Source of the DNA: an uncultured Planctomycetaceae bacterium
GTDB taxonomy: Bacteria; Planctomycetota; Planctomycetia; Planctomycetales; Planctomycetaceae
Direction of reading: 5' to 3'
Assembly: GCA_963976765.1 (NCBI GenBank)
Contig: CAXBME010000003.1
Location: 62,001 to 126,000, forward strand
Length of the DNA: 64,000 bases
Shown here: positions 26,813-38,852 of the stretch, piece by piece
Numbering within the stretch: position 1 is the stretch's first letter
Layout of the letters: each line of letters begins with the position of its first letter
The notes under the pieces: model-generated
What the model saw: only the letters and a program-made list of their open reading frames with translations
Database searches by the model: none
Told to the model about the DNA's origin: nothing
Position numbers and translations under genes: made by a program

Positions 26813-29800
26813 CTAAGGTGAAGCGTGTTCTGTACCAGTACCGGTTTCTGGCTTTTTTTTTCGCATGACAAGTTGGCTGAGGTCGTCGCAGAAGCTGTAC
26901 AGCACCGGAATCGCCAACAGTGTCAGGAGCAGCGATAACGTCTGGCCCCCGACCGCCAGAACGGCAATTGAGCGGCGTTCTTCAGCACCAGGGCCGGTGG
27001 CAATCAGCAGTGGCATCAGGCCGGCCACAAATGACAGTGTGGTCATCAGAATCGGACGCAGGCGATCGCGGTTGGCCTGAATGATTGCTTCGTCACGAGG
27101 CATGCCACCACGACGCAGAGCGTTCGTATGGTCGACCTGCAGGATCGCGGCTTTCTTCACCACGCCAAACAGCACCAGCACACCAAGTGCCGAGTACACG
27201 TTCAATGTCTCGCCGCCCCAGTACAGGCTCACCAAACCGAATGGCACCGCCAACGGTAGCGACAGCAGAATCACAAACGGATGCACGAGGTGTTCGTACT
27301 GTGCGGCCAGCACGATGTACATGAAGATGAAGGATAGAATGAACGTCGCGCCGAAGTCAGTAATCAGTCGTTCCATCTCGCGACCGCCGCCAAGGATCTC
27401 GACACGAAAACCGGGCGGTAGACCGATCTCGTCAGCCGCAGACCGAAGTGCTTCGATGCGATCGCCTAATGCAAAACCGGCGGCAATATTCGCTCGTACG
27501 GATACCATTTTCTGTCGGTTAAGCCGGTCGATTCGCGACGCTGATTCCTGATGCCGGAAAGTCACCAGGTTATCAAGCCGCGTGTGTACAGGACCAGAAG
27601 TATCGCTGCCCAGTAATTCGATGGGCGAAAGAATGCCCGGATCAGGGTTCGCTCGCACGTACAACTGCGAGATCGACGCGATGTCGTCTCGATCAACGCC
27701 TACCAGCCTCAGTTCAACATCGTACGCGTCGTCGATGCTCTGGTCGCGGTAACGGGATACACGGTCGTCACCACCCACGGCGACGCGCAACGTGTCAGCG
27801 ATTTCGCGGACATCAACTCCCAGGGCGGCTGCACGTTCTCGATCAATCTCAGCCAATAGTTCCGGGTTGTCGATCTTCAGTGTCGAATACACATCGACGA
27901 GTCCGGGAATCGTTTTGGCCTTTTCGCGCAATGCTGAGCTGAATCTCAGCAATTGCCCCATTTCCGGGCCGGTAATAGCAAAGTCAATATCCACCGGTGC
28001 GCCCTGCCGAAGCGATGTCAGATTTCGCACCGACAGTTGTACTCCCGGGACACTTCTGAGTCGTTTACGGACTTCGGCCATCTTGTCACGCTGCGAATAA
28101 TTGCCCTCGAATGCTGATCGCGGTTCTCCTTTGAGCAGCGCATAAAAAAGACGGCTGACGGAAAAGGATCGCTCAGCACTGTCCCGCAGACGGATGAAGT
28201 ACTGCAAACGGTTGACATCGCCGAATCCGCCAGTGCCAACCGTCGTCAGGATAGTAGTTATGCCGTCGAGCTGCTGCAGCTCAGCTTCAATCTGCTCCAT
28301 CGTCTCGCGCATCGCCGCCAGGCTTGCTCCCTGCTTGGCCTCCGCGCGGATTTCAAATTCGGATTCGTCAACATTCAGCGGCACGTACCCCTTCGGCACG
28401 TGCTCATAAAGCCACACATTGGAATACATGACGACGAGCGAACCGATCAGCACGAGCCAGCGAAACTTCATCGCCTGATGCAGCATCCACAGGTATGAGC
28501 CCTCAATCCAGCTATAGAATCCGCGACGAGACGCCGGGCCACCCGAAGGCTGTTTTCCTGGTTTGAGGAGCCGGCTGCACATCATCGGCGTCAGCGAAAA
28601 GCTGACCAGCAATGAGATTAGAATGGCCACGGTCGCCGTCACACCAAACTGAAACAGCATCCGCCCGGTGACACTCGACAGAAACGACACGGGCAGGAAC
28701 ACAATGACCAGCGACAGCGTCGTGGCAAGCACCGCCAGACCGATTTCCTTTGTGCCTTCGATGGACGCCGTGTGCGGGTCCATCCCTTTTTCTTCGATGC
28801 TGTGGAATACGTTTTCGAGTACGACAATGGCGTCGTCGATCACCACGCCGACCATCAGTACCAAAGCCAGCATCGTGACGTTGTTCAGCGTGAAACCGAA
28901 CATGGCCATAAACGCGAATGTGGCGATGATCGACGCGGGAATCGCCACCGAGGCAATCAGCGTCGAGCGCCACGAACGCATGAAAGCAAGCACCGTCAGG
29001 CAGGCCAGAATGCTGCCGGTGATAAGGTGCTGTTCGATTTCGTGCAGAGCCGCGACAATGTAGCGTGACTGGTCGGAGATGATTTCCACCTCGACACCGT
29101 CAGGCAACAGTTCACGACATCGCGGTAGCATTCCTTTAATGCGGTTAATGACCTCAACAGTATTCTCGCCAGACTGACGTTGAATATTGAGCACCACGGC
29201 TGGCTCGCCATTCAATCGCGCGAGCGTGCGAACTTCTTTCGTCGAATCTTTGACCTCGCCGAGATCGCTGAGACGAATCGGTGTTCCATTGACATTGGAG
29301 ACAACCAGATCAGGGAAATTGCGTGAGTGCTCCACGCGCCCCATCGTGCGAAGCGCCCGCTCGCGCATTCCCTCGTCAATACGTCCGCCGGGAACTTCCG
29401 CATTCTGTCTCACAAGTGCTTCGCGGATCTCCAGAATCGACAGTCTGTGAGCCGCCAGTCGCCGGGCATCGACCTCAACACGCACGGCGCGGTCGGCGGC
29501 CCCGACAATTTCGACTTCGCCCACACCTTTAGACGACTCGATGACATTCTTCACATACCGCTCGGCCAGTACGTAAAGTTCGCGTGAAGAACGATCACCC
29601 GACACAGTCAGCGTCAGAATCGGCGAAGAATCAAGTTCCCGCTTAGCGACGATGGGAGGATCGATTCCCGGCGGTAATCGTCCCATGGCCCCGGAAACCG
29701 CATCACGCACATCCTGCGTGGCGGCGTCGATGTTACGGTCGAGCGAGAACGTGATGATGACAAACGATCTTCCGTCGCGTGAGATAGAGCGAAGTTCTTC

Positions 29801-30034
29801 GATTCCGGCTACGGTGGCGACGGCGTCTTCAATCACCGAACTGACCTCCGATTCAACTTCGGCGGCGGCAGCACCGATGTAGTTGGCTCGAACGAAAATG
29901 CTCGGTTGGTCGGTGTCGGGGAAACGGTCAACACCCAGCCGTGGAAATGCCGTAACGCCAGCCACAACCAGCGCGGCGATCAGCATCAAGGCAAAGATCG
30001 GTCGTTTAACGCAGACTTCAGCAAGCCAGTACAC
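26813..30034 (-). CDS. RND efflux transporter permease subunit (AcrB/AcrD/AcrF family)
   Basis: 1073 aa; [34 protein letters not shown]. Confidence 0.95.
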   Translation of the reverse strand: MYWLAEVCVKRPIFALMLIAALVVAGVTAFPRLGVDRFPDTDQPSIFVRANYIGAAAAEVESEVSSVIEDAVATVAGIEELRSISRDGRSFVIITFSLDRNIDAATQDVRDAVSGAMGRLPPGIDPPIVAKRELDSSPILTLTVSGDRSSRELYVLAERYVKNVIESSKGVGEVEIVGAADRAVRVEVDARRLAAHRLSILEIREALVRQNAEVPGGRIDEGMRERALRTMGRVEHSRNFPDLVVSNVNGTPIRLSDLGEVKDSTKEVRTLARLNGEPAVVLNIQRQSGENTVEVINRIKGMLPRCRELLPDGVEVEIISDQSRYIVAALHEIEQHLITGSILACLTVLAFMRSWRSTLIASVAIPASIIATFAFMAMFGFTLNNVTMLALVLMVGVVIDDAIVVLENVFHSIEEKGMDPHTASIEGTKEIGLAVLATTLSLVIVFLPVSFLSSVTGRMLFQFGVTATVAILISLLVSFSLTPMMCSRLLKPGKQPSGGPASRRGFYSWIEGSYLWMLHQAMKFRWLVLIGSLVVMYSNVWLYEHVPKGYVPLNVDESEFEIRAEAKQGASLAAMRETMEQIEAELQQLDGITTILTTVGTGGFGDVNRLQYFIRLRDSAERSFSVSRLFYALLKGEPRSAFEGNYSQRDKMAEVRKRLRSVPGVQLSVRNLTSLRQGAPVDIDFAITGPEMGQLLRFSSALREKAKTIPGLVDVYSTLKIDNPELLAEIDRERAAALGVDVREIADTLRVAVGGDDRVSRYRDQSIDDAYDVELRLVGVDRDDIASISQLYVRANPDPGILSPIELLGSDTSGPVHTRLDNLVTFRHQESASRIDRLNRQKMVSVRANIAAGFALGDRIEALRSAADEIGLPPGFRVEILGGGREMERLITDFGATFILSFIFMYIVLAAQYEHLVHPFVILLSLPLAVPFGLVSLYWGGETLNVYSALGVLVLFGVVKKAAILQVDHTNALRRGGMPRDEAIIQANRDRLRPILMTTLSFVAGLMPLLIATGPGAEERRSIAVLAVGGQTLSLLLTLLAIPVLYSFCDDLSQLVMRKKKPETGTGTEHASP

Positions 30035-30099
30035 GCGTCACTCTTTCCAAGAGATCGTTCATTATTGTTTTCAGTGATTTCACGCAGTGAATGTCGCTT

Positions 30100-31359
30100 T
30101 TATCCGCCGGATTCAGGCTTCAACATTGCGACGCGTCCTTTCGATCCATCCTTCAGGATCACGTCCCCCGGTTTTAAACCTTGCAGAATCTCAATTTCTG
30201 AATCCCGACGTTCACCTGCCAGCACGACCTGCTCGGTGCATTTGCTGTCCACCACTTTCCATACTTTTTCTGTCCCGGCGAATTCCACGAGTGCTGACAG
30301 AGGAATGACAACCGCGGTTGCTTCCGTGTCAATCACAATCTCTGCTTCAGCAAACAGGCCGGACCGCAAGGCGCCATCTTTGTTCCCAACGATGGCTTCA
30401 AAGAGCAGTCCTCGACTGAGCATGTCCACCGACGGACTGATCCGTGAGATCGTTGCTTCAATGGGGGCCGCCACCATCTGCACATCCAGTTGCAAACTCT
30501 GGCCTTCATTCAAAGCCAGGGCGTACCGTTCAGGGATATGTCCTCGAAAACGTAGAGGATTATTTCTGACAACCGTCATCAAAGCATCCCCCACGCGGAC
30601 ATAGCGGCCCGGAGCGATCTGTTTTTGCTGAATGTCGCCATCGAACTGAGCTCGGATGATCGTGTCATCCAGATTCTGCCTGGCCAGCCCCAGCTCTGCG
30701 GCATTTACTTTCACGAGAGCAATCTTCTCGCGGACGGCGTTCAGTGACGAGTCGTAGCGTGCTCTGGCGACGTCGACGGCCGTTTCAAGCTTAAGAAATC
30801 CGGCATCCGTAATCGCATTTCCTTCGAGCAGACCTTTTCCTCGCGCGAGTTCCGCCTGAGCGTCCTGCCACTCGGCTCGGCGTTCACGCACTGGCGGCGA
30901 ATTCTCAGGATCGACAGCATCGAGTGAATCGTCAGCCTTAAGCCCGATTGCAGAACGGACCTGTTGTAGCTGAGCCTGTGCCCGTTCGAGCTCAAGCTGA
31001 AACTGCTCTTGTCGGAGAGTCACTAGTGGCTGACCGACCGTAACCCGGTCCCCCAGATCGACATGAACTTTGTCCACAAGCCCCTCGACTCGCGTTCCGA
31101 TCACCACGACTTCATCAGCAATCAGGCTACCCTGAGTGCGAATCAAGGTCGGCCAGGCACGCATCTCTACAGAGACCGTCTCTTCGGAGATTGCGGGCAA
31201 TGGAAGCGGCTCAGCACGTTGGGGGACTCCAGTCTCCTGTTGGCAGCCAGTGCCGAGCATGGAGAGCACAGCAATGGATAGAAACAGGCAGCTGCCGGGC
31301 CGACAAAGAACGGAAGGTTGAAAGGTTGGCTCAAACATATGATTTCGTCTGGCTGTCAA
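30100..31359 (-). CDS. RND efflux periplasmic adaptor (MFP) subunit
   Basis: Lipobox-like LGTGC, lipoyl halves VDLGDRVTVGQ / IRAQFDG, coiled coil, GLKPGD; start may be ATG 31338. Confidence 0.9.
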   Translation of the reverse strand: MTARRNHMFEPTFQPSVLCRPGSCLFLSIAVLSMLGTGCQQETGVPQRAEPLPLPAISEETVSVEMRAWPTLIRTQGSLIADEVVVIGTRVEGLVDKVHVDLGDRVTVGQPLVTLRQEQFQLELERAQAQLQQVRSAIGLKADDSLDAVDPENSPPVRERRAEWQDAQAELARGKGLLEGNAITDAGFLKLETAVDVARARYDSSLNAVREKIALVKVNAAELGLARQNLDDTIIRAQFDGDIQQKQIAPGRYVRVGDALMTVVRNNPLRFRGHIPERYALALNEGQSLQLDVQMVAAPIEATISRISPSVDMLSRGLLFEAIVGNKDGALRSGLFAEAEIVIDTEATAVVIPLSALVEFAGTEKVWKVVDSKCTEQVVLAGERRDSEIEILQGLKPGDVILKDGSKGRVAMLKPESGG

Positions 31360-31852
31360 GCTGAAGGAATTCGTTTACCTGTTTTCGGACTCTCAAGTTA
31401 ATCTCCAGAATCAACTTTTAAACGATACCAACTCGACCTGCAAAACGTTGCCTATGCCTGATGGAGCAACGTGCGGCATGCCGCATCAGCAAGAACTTCT
31501 GCAATGCAGAAAATGCTAACTGCGATAAAGAATTCTGGTGGATCAAGAAGTCTGCTGTAACGATGGCGTTGGCAAATCAGATTCTGGGGTGGGGCAATTT
31601 CTGAATAACCTTCATGTCGTTTCTGCCTACGATCACAAATGAGATCGGCGTTTTTCATCGCCAATAAATCCAGCTTTTGAGTGATCACTCCGATAGAGCG
31701 ATCTGTATTTTGCGTTGATGTTGTCGACCGAGTATTCGGACGGAAGACTTCCGAATCAACTTCCGGTATAGAGCGTCCTAAGTGGCTGGTTCTTAAGTTT
31801 TGTTTGTCAAGAAGTGAGTTGCCGCTCTCAATCGACGTTGTAGCAAGGGGAT

Positions 31853-32947
31853 GTGATGGAAGCTGGAATTGTTGGGTTGCCGAATGTCGGGAAGAGTACG
31901 CTGTTCAATGCGCTGACGATGTCTCAGGCTGCGGCCAGCGCGAACTACCCGTTCTGTACGATTGAGCCAAACGAAGGCATCGTTCCAGTGCCCGATAGCC
32001 GTTTGGAGCGAATCACAAAATACATTGTTCCGCAGAAAATTATCCCAGCGACGCTCAAGCTGGTCGACATTGCAGGCATCGTCAAAGGGGCAAGCGTTGG
32101 CGAAGGGCTGGGCAACAAATTTCTCAGCCACATCCGCGAAGTCGATGCCATTCTGCAGGTCGTTCGATGCTTCGAAGACGCCGACGTCACACACGTTGCC
32201 GGCGGAGTTGACCCGCTGTCCGATATCGAGACCATCGAAACAGAGCTTCTGCTCGCTGACATGCAGGTACTCGAAAACGCCCTTCCCAAGGCGGAGCGAA
32301 CCGCTCGCAGCGGAGACGCCGATGCAAAGCTCGCTGTGTCGGTGATTAAGAAATGTCAGGATTGCGTGAACGACTCGCTACCGATCCGGACTCTCGAACT
32401 GGATGCCGACGAGCGAAAAGTCGTCAATGGATATGGCCTGATGACTGCCAAGCCGATTCTCTATGTCGCAAACGTCGACGAGGACGATCTTGACGGAAAG
32501 GGACCGCTCGTTGAGAAGGTTCGCGAGTTCGCAACAAAACACGGAGCGGATGTCGTCCCAGTCTGCGCCAAGCTCGAAGCCGAACTGGCCGAAGTAGACG
32601 AAGAAGACCGTGTGGAGCTGCTTGAATCGGTTGGCCTGACCGAGCCGGCGCTCGCGCCATTAGCTCGCGCGGCGTATCACACGCTGGGATATGCGAGCTA
32701 TTTTACCGCCGGTGAAAAGGAAGTCCGCGCGTGGACGATTCCGATTGGAGCAACGGCACCTCAAGCCGCCGGCGTTATTCATACTGACTTCGAACGCGGT
32801 TTCATTCGAGCTGAAGTTTATTCACTGGACGACCTTGAAAAATATGGCAGTGAGAAAGAGATTCGTGCCGCCGGCAAGCTGCGGATCGAGGGAAAGGCCT
32901 ACGTGATGAAAGATGGAGACATCTGCCACTTCCTGTTCAATGTCTGA
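31853..32947 (+). CDS. ychF: Redox-regulated ATPase YchF
   Basis: [58 protein letters not shown]. Confidence 0.98.
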   Translation: MMEAGIVGLPNVGKSTLFNALTMSQAAASANYPFCTIEPNEGIVPVPDSRLERITKYIVPQKIIPATLKLVDIAGIVKGASVGEGLGNKFLSHIREVDAILQVVRCFEDADVTHVAGGVDPLSDIETIETELLLADMQVLENALPKAERTARSGDADAKLAVSVIKKCQDCVNDSLPIRTLELDADERKVVNGYGLMTAKPILYVANVDEDDLDGKGPLVEKVREFATKHGADVVPVCAKLEAELAEVDEEDRVELLESVGLTEPALAPLARAAYHTLGYASYFTAGEKEVRAWTIPIGATAPQAAGVIHTDFERGFIRAEVYSLDDLEKYGSEKEIRAAGKLRIEGKAYVMKDGDICHFLFNV

Positions 32948-33034
32948 GCGGCCCGACGGAGGCCAACTGCCTGGACCTGGTCGTCAATCTCTCAGGAATT
33001 TAAGGATTCGACGGCATCAGTTGGAGTAGAGTGA

Positions 33035-34282
33035 GTGTCAGCAGGGGACTCGACAACAGAACCCGCGAAACAGAAGCGGAAGCGGAGATCGTCCTGGAAG
33101 CTGCGTTGCCTCTTGTTGTTCCTGGGGTTGTCGCTGGGAATTCTGCTGGCCGAAGGCCTGCTGGTTGTCGCTGGAGTTTCCTACCCGCTGCCCTATCGAG
33201 CAGATCAGTATTGCGGGACAGGCCTCGCTCCTAATTTTCGCGGTTGGTGGTCGAAGGAAGGGGCGGCTGAAATTCGGACGAACTCCGCCGGGTTTCGCGA
33301 CCGAGAACACAGTCTGCAGAAACCCGAAGATGTAATTCGAGTCGCTGTCCTTGGCGATTCGTATGTTGAAGCGTTTCAGGTGTCACAGGATGAGATGTTC
33401 GGATCGGTGCTGGAAACGGAACTGACTTCGCGACAGTTTGGAGGCGATCGCAAAGTCGAAGTCCTGAGCTTCGGCGTTTCCGGATTCGGCACTGCTCAGG
33501 AACTGCTGATGCTGCGTCATCATGTCTGGCAATTCGATCCGGATATCGTTCTGCTGGCGTTTCTTCCCGCGAACGACCTGCGCAACAATTCCTCGCGGCT
33601 GGAGTCTCAGAAGCTGCGTCCGGTGTTCGAGATAATCGATGACAAACTGGTGCTCGACAATTCTTTTCGGAACGATTCTCAGTACCTTTTTGCAGTGAGC
33701 GATTCGTTTCGAATAAAGACGTGGCTGATCAATTCGTCGCGGGTATTGCAGGTCATTCAGTCGATTCGAACGGGTGAGTTCGCCGCTCGACGCGTGGAGA
33801 GAGAAAAGCAGGTCAAGGCTGCCTCGACTCGAGACCGCATCGGGCTTGATGATCAGTGTTTCAAACCGCCGACAGATGATGATTGGCGTCATGCCTGGAA
33901 TCTCGCAGAGCGATTGATTCGGCAGATAAATGACGAAGTTGTTGAACACGGCAGCCGATTCGCGATGGCCGTGGTCACAGCCGGAGTGCAGGTGACCCCG
34001 GACATGGCAAAGCGGCAGCAGTACTGCAAGGCGCTTGGGGTATCGGATCTGGATTATGCGAATTCCCGCCTGAATCGGCTGGGACAGGAGACGGGGTTTC
34101 CGGTCGTCGTTCTTTCAGAAGGAATGCGTGCCTTTGCTGAAGAAAACAACATTGATCTTCACGGGTTCGAGAATACGGCGCCGGGGGAAGGACACTGGAA
34201 CGCGGTCGGGCATCGTGAAGCGGCTCGCCTTTGTGCCGACGAACTTTCGCGCGTCTGGAAAAGCGAATTCGCAGGCGAGTGA
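33035..34282 (+). CDS. Membrane-anchored SGNH/GDSL hydrolase family protein
   Basis: TM, TNSAGFRD, VLGDSY, GVSGFGT, ND, EGHWNAVGH. Confidence 0.85.
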   Translation: MSAGDSTTEPAKQKRKRRSSWKLRCLLLFLGLSLGILLAEGLLVVAGVSYPLPYRADQYCGTGLAPNFRGWWSKEGAAEIRTNSAGFRDREHSLQKPEDVIRVAVLGDSYVEAFQVSQDEMFGSVLETELTSRQFGGDRKVEVLSFGVSGFGTAQELLMLRHHVWQFDPDIVLLAFLPANDLRNNSSRLESQKLRPVFEIIDDKLVLDNSFRNDSQYLFAVSDSFRIKTWLINSSRVLQVIQSIRTGEFAARRVEREKQVKAASTRDRIGLDDQCFKPPTDDDWRHAWNLAERLIRQINDEVVEHGSRFAMAVVTAGVQVTPDMAKRQQYCKALGVSDLDYANSRLNRLGQETGFPVVVLSEGMRAFAEENNIDLHGFENTAPGEGHWNAVGHREAARLCADELSRVWKSEFAGE

Positions 34283-34328
34283 CGACGAAGCAGCCTCCGT
34301 CGAAACTCGAATGGAGAAAGCGTTCGAA

Positions 34329-35417
34329 TCAGCTCAGACTATGCGGAGCCGTCATCTGGTAAATGCACAACTTGCCGTCGAACTGAGGAACGGCAAGCTG
34401 TCGCTTGTCTGGAGTCACGTCCAGGCCGCGGGCACAATGTGACAGCGTCACCGAGTGGAACGGTTTTTCTTCACCAGGTTTCAGGAACCAAAGCATGCCC
34501 TTGTTGCCCCCCTGTGGAGCGCCGGAGGCGACAAGGAATCCCTCGGGATGCTCGCACACTCCCCAGACCATGCCTTTGTAAGCATCGTCCTTCCACTTGT
34601 GGAGATGTTCGAACTTCTCCCAGTCCACACACAGAACCATCGGCTTGTGGACGCCGGCGAAGGCGTTGGAGACTTCGGTCAGGCCGGCGACGATCAGCGC
34701 CTTACCGTCCTCGCTGAACCGCATGTCGCGAGCACCGCCCATGTCGGCTCGGAACTTCTGATCGAAGCCCCACATAAACTTTGCTTCGAGCGACCGGACT
34801 TCTTTGCCGGTTTCGATGTCCCAGTCCTTGATGACGCCCATCAGGTCAAACGAAGCGAGGCGTTTGCCATCCGGATGGAAAACCGCCGCGTAGGGATACC
34901 GTTTGTGGCCAGCAAATTCCTGCCGAAGTTTCCCATCAGGAACGCTCCAGATTCTGACCAGGTTATCGTTCCCGCACGACGCCAGAAGTTTCCCGTCGGG
35001 GCTGACGCGAACCCAGCGGACCCAGCCTTGGTGGGCATCGATCATCTGGATTGGCGACGGATTTTCATCAGCGGCGTTCCAGATTCCGATACGGTGATCG
35101 TAGCCGGCAGTGAACAACAACCTGCCGTCGCATGAAAAATCCAGACACCGCACCCAGCTCTGGTGGCCGGTGAAAAGTGTCTTTGAGGAATCGTCGCCTG
35201 AAAGAGCCCAGCGATAGACGTGAAAGTCTTCCGCCCCAGCAAAGACGAATCGCCCGGTCGGGTCGATGCGGCACGTGGTCAGCGGAATATCGTGTTTGAA
35301 TTCAGTGACGACGTGCGTTTGCGAGACGTCGATCGGATTCTCGGGCAACGGTGGCGAAGCAGGACGTTGCACTGTTTGCGTCGAAGTGGACAGAGTATCG
35401 CTGGTGGGTGTCTTCAT
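34329..35417 (-). CDS. WD40 repeat protein
   Basis: GHQSWV..WN, AHQGWV..WS, GHKRYP..WD repeats; 4-nt overlap with the DUF1501 gene. Confidence 0.88.
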   Translation of the reverse strand: MKTPTSDTLSTSTQTVQRPASPPLPENPIDVSQTHVVTEFKHDIPLTTCRIDPTGRFVFAGAEDFHVYRWALSGDDSSKTLFTGHQSWVRCLDFSCDGRLLFTAGYDHRIGIWNAADENPSPIQMIDAHQGWVRWVRVSPDGKLLASCGNDNLVRIWSVPDGKLRQEFAGHKRYPYAAVFHPDGKRLASFDLMGVIKDWDIETGKEVRSLEAKFMWGFDQKFRADMGGARDMRFSEDGKALIVAGLTEVSNAFAGVHKPMVLCVDWEKFEHLHKWKDDAYKGMVWGVCEHPEGFLVASGAPQGGNKGMLWFLKPGEEKPFHSVTLSHCARGLDVTPDKRQLAVPQFDGKLCIYQMTAPHSLS

Positions 35418-36676
35418 GCCAGAAGCTCCTCAATCGGCGAGGCGGCCGGATCGCCAATCGGAACGGGGCGGCCCGGAATGTCGTGGTTGGCCGACGTGTC
35501 CAGGCCCAAAGCTCGGAAGTATGTATGGAAAAGGTCTCCGCCGCTGACTTCACGTTCGGCGACTTCTGTTCCTTCCGCATTGGTCGAACCAACGACCGCC
35601 CCTGGAACAATTCCGCAACCGCCCAGCGCGACCGAGACCGACGCTCCCCAGTGATCGCGACCATAACGCTGATTGAGCTTTGGCGTCCGTCCAAATTCAG
35701 AGTAAATCAGAACGAGCGTCGACTCCAGCATTCCCGAATCGTGCAGATCGTCGAGCAGCATGCAGAACGTTTTGTCAAACTCGTCGAGCTGTTCGAGGTG
35801 AAAGTTGAAGTTCTCGGCGTGGGTGTCGTATCCGTGGTGAGTGACTTTGACGCAGGTCGCGCCGTTGCTCAGAAGTTCGCGGGCAAGAATGCAGCGGACA
35901 CCGAATGGGTGCGAACCGTAGCGTTCAATATCTTTTGCGGATGGCTCCTGCTCAAACAAAGATTTCCGCTTCATCAGTCGCCGCGCCATTTCAAACGACG
36001 AGTCGAAGGCTTCGGTGAAGGCCGGCTGTCCGCCGCGTCCAGCGAAACGCTCATTGGCAAGTCGTCGGAATTCGTTGCGGCGTTGAGCGGACTCTTCGTC
36101 CAGACTCGCAGGCCGGTCCAGGTTCTCTGGAGCGTTGACGCCGAGCAGTTTCAGTTGAGCGTGCTGCGCTCCCAGAAACGCGTTGGTGTTATCTTCCAAA
36201 CCTCGCGTCGTGATGTGCAGGTAGCCTGGCAGCGGCGGATTCTCCGCGGCGAGGTATTTCGAAGCGACGGCTCCGACGTAGGGGAAGTCGCCAGCCGTGC
36301 GTCCCTTCTCGATCCGAAGTCGGCCAATGCGATGATCGTTTGTCTTGAGGTCGAGGCTGCGGACAATCGACAGGCGATGCATCCGCTGCGCGATGTGCGG
36401 CATCAGCTCGCAGATATGAATTCCCGGAACGGACGTTGGAATCGCCCGAAACGGTCCGCCATACCTGGTGCCCGGTTTTGGATCCCAGCTTTCAAATTGA
36501 CTGAGACCTCCTTGCAGAAAGACCTGCAGGATTCGTTTCTGACCTGACTTGACGGCCTCGGCCTGGGCAGGAGTCAGAAGCCCGCCAATCGCAACCGCGC
36601 CGGCGGCGGAACCCGCCACGAAACCTCGTCGCGAAAGCTGGTGATCAATATGGTTGCATCCAATGTCGCGTCGCAC
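35414..36676 (-). CDS. DUF1501 domain protein (Tat signal)
   Basis: SRRGFV Tat motif, FLQGGLSQFESWDPKP, YDTH, SEFGRTP, GRDHW. Confidence 0.92.
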   Translation of the reverse strand: MRRDIGCNHIDHQLSRRGFVAGSAAGAVAIGGLLTPAQAEAVKSGQKRILQVFLQGGLSQFESWDPKPGTRYGGPFRAIPTSVPGIHICELMPHIAQRMHRLSIVRSLDLKTNDHRIGRLRIEKGRTAGDFPYVGAVASKYLAAENPPLPGYLHITTRGLEDNTNAFLGAQHAQLKLLGVNAPENLDRPASLDEESAQRRNEFRRLANERFAGRGGQPAFTEAFDSSFEMARRLMKRKSLFEQEPSAKDIERYGSHPFGVRCILARELLSNGATCVKVTHHGYDTHAENFNFHLEQLDEFDKTFCMLLDDLHDSGMLESTLVLIYSEFGRTPKLNQRYGRDHWGASVSVALGGCGIVPGAVVGSTNAEGTEVAEREVSGGDLFHTYFRALGLDTSANHDIPGRPVPIGDPAASPIEELLA

Positions 36677-36743
36677 GATGCACTCCTGTGAAATTTCGTC
36701 TGATCGCAGCCGCCAGCGCAGGCAGCTAGCCGGTCCGAACGGG

Positions 36744-38510
36744 TCAGTGATTGAAGCGGAATTCGGCAGAGGAAAGCAACGCCCACGTTATTTCACGGAT
36801 GGCCATCGTCCGGTCGCTGACTGAATCAAGGTAGCTCGTGACGGCAGCCGTTTCGTCCTCTGCCGGAGATCGAGAGAGGATCGAGATGTATAATTCTTCG
36901 GCAAGAAGTTCGGGCGAGTCCAGCTTGAGCAGCCGATCCGTCAATACTCCACCCTGCGGCTTTAACCATTTTTCAACGTTTGCTCCGTTGATAACAAACA
37001 GTGCCTGGTCGGCTGTCGCGTCGAAGCCGGTTTTCTGTCCACCCTGTCCGGCAAAGCGTGCCACGACAAGGTCAAGCTCCGGCTTCAACGCTTTGTGGAG
37101 CGTTTCTTCGCGCCACAGTGGGTCTACTTTTTTATTGGCTGCGGCTTCGGGTTCTGCTTTCAGCAACGCCGCTTCCTGAGCTGACATGGTCACTGTCGAA
37201 AATCCAGTGGCAACCAGCGACGACCATCCGAACTGCTCGGGAGAGAGTGGTTTCAAATGCCCGCAGGCAAACGCTGCCGACGCATCACCGCCTTGTTCGG
37301 AATCAACAGCGAGCCTGCTCGACCGCTGGTAGGTTTCGCTCAAAGCAAGTTCGCGAAGCAGCCATCGCACGTTGTAGTTGTGTCTCTGAAATTCGTCAGC
37401 CAGCAGGTCGAGAACTTCAGGATGCGATGGCGGGTTGTCCGAATGTCTGATATCCAATGGTTCGACCAGACCGCGACCGATCATCAGTGCCCACAGGCGG
37501 TTGACGATGTTGTGTCTGAAGTCGACGTTGTCCGCAGCAATCATCGCCTTCGCAAGTTGCAGGCGGCGACTGTAGGCTGGCACGCCTCGCACCTTGCTGG
37601 CTGGTTTAGCGATGTACAGTTCTTTGGCAGGCTCAGGATCCGGGATGCCCGGCAGGTCGAGCACGCGAGGATCGGTCTGCCCCTCTTCGGCCGTGAACAC
37701 CGACGTGAATTTCACATCGCCTTCGGCCTTCTCGCCCAGCACTTTCTTCTTCGTCTTCGGATCGGTGAAAAGGTAACTGCGTTTCAGAAACGCGCTCAGC
37801 CCGTAGTAGTGACGCTGAAGATAGTCATCAATGCTGGGATGGTCGTGGCATTGAGCGCACTCAAGATCGACTCCCAGGAAGACGCGTCCGATATCTCGAG
37901 TGATGAGGTCGACATCGAACTTTCGATCGAGGAAAAATTTCGCAGCCGGTCGCTGCTGTTCGTCGACTCCGTCCGCCGAAAGTATTTCTGTGACGAGTTG
38001 GTCCCAGGGCTTGTTTTCGCGGAAGGATTCCCGCAGCCATCTTTGCCAGTCGGCATCCGGAACGTCGGTGCCGACACGACGCTCCATGAGCATTTCATCA
38101 AACACGTACTGAAGTCGCCGAGCGTGCTGCGGGCTGGCGAGCAGTTGGTTGATCAGCTGCTCGCGTTTCTTTGGTGACTGGTTGGCCAGGAATTCTCGCG
38201 TCTGAGTGCCTGTCGGAATCGTCCCGGCAAGATCGAGATAGACTCTTCGTACGAATTCTTCGTCGGAAGAACGCGGCGAGGCCAATGAGGCGAAGTTCGG
38301 CGTTGCCGCTACGACCAGCTCGTCGAGTCGAGCACGCAACGTTGGCTCACCAGCATCTGGACTTGCAGCGACCGCCGATACTGATTCGGCGAGCAGCGGC
38401 GGAGCGGGCACGTTTTCGATGTTCGCGCCCAGAGCGTTGTCGGGAAGGCGGACGCAGGCCAGACTCAAGCCGGCAATAGCGACGATCGTTGTGAAACGTC
38501 GAGTGAGCAT
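36744..38510 (-). CDS. DUF1549/DUF1553 (PSD1) domain protein
   Basis: FVRRVYLDLAGTIP, LECAQCHDHP, VNRLWALMIGRGLVEP, PSHPEVLD, WALLSSAEFRFNH. Confidence 0.93.
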   Translation of the reverse strand: MLTRRFTTIVAIAGLSLACVRLPDNALGANIENVPAPPLLAESVSAVAASPDAGEPTLRARLDELVVAATPNFASLASPRSSDEEFVRRVYLDLAGTIPTGTQTREFLANQSPKKREQLINQLLASPQHARRLQYVFDEMLMERRVGTDVPDADWQRWLRESFRENKPWDQLVTEILSADGVDEQQRPAAKFFLDRKFDVDLITRDIGRVFLGVDLECAQCHDHPSIDDYLQRHYYGLSAFLKRSYLFTDPKTKKKVLGEKAEGDVKFTSVFTAEEGQTDPRVLDLPGIPDPEPAKELYIAKPASKVRGVPAYSRRLQLAKAMIAADNVDFRHNIVNRLWALMIGRGLVEPLDIRHSDNPPSHPEVLDLLADEFQRHNYNVRWLLRELALSETYQRSSRLAVDSEQGGDASAAFACGHLKPLSPEQFGWSSLVATGFSTVTMSAQEAALLKAEPEAAANKKVDPLWREETLHKALKPELDLVVARFAGQGGQKTGFDATADQALFVINGANVEKWLKPQGGVLTDRLLKLDSPELLAEELYISILSRSPAEDETAAVTSYLDSVSDRTMAIREITWALLSSAEFRFNH

Positions 38511-38852
38511 GGTTCGCTACCGAGGTGGGACGTGACTGCCAACGGTGGCAATGAACGTTGAGGGAGTCAGCGGTGGGAAGCGCGTCTGAAAACGCATCAG
38601 TGCATGCTAACCCGTTTCTGTGTCGTTTCGCAAAGTGAATCGCCTGAGAGTCATGGAATCGATTCGCTGGCACGAGACTCAATCCCGGATGTTGTCGTCA
38701 GTTCGGTTCGCCTTGAAGAAGAATTTCAGTAGTCTGACTCGTCCGCATCCGGCGTCGCTGGTGTCTCGATTCTTTTTTTGCGAGAAGCAGTCACCAACCG
38801 ACCTGCGTTTTTGAACTTTCCTCTCGACCCGTCTCAGATCGATGAGTCTGCC

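Noticed and set aside
35351..36547. Long antisense ORFs (also 37257-38177, 52614-53516, 61241-62305)
   Set aside because: Shadow frames opposite well-supported genes, expected in GC-rich coding DNA.
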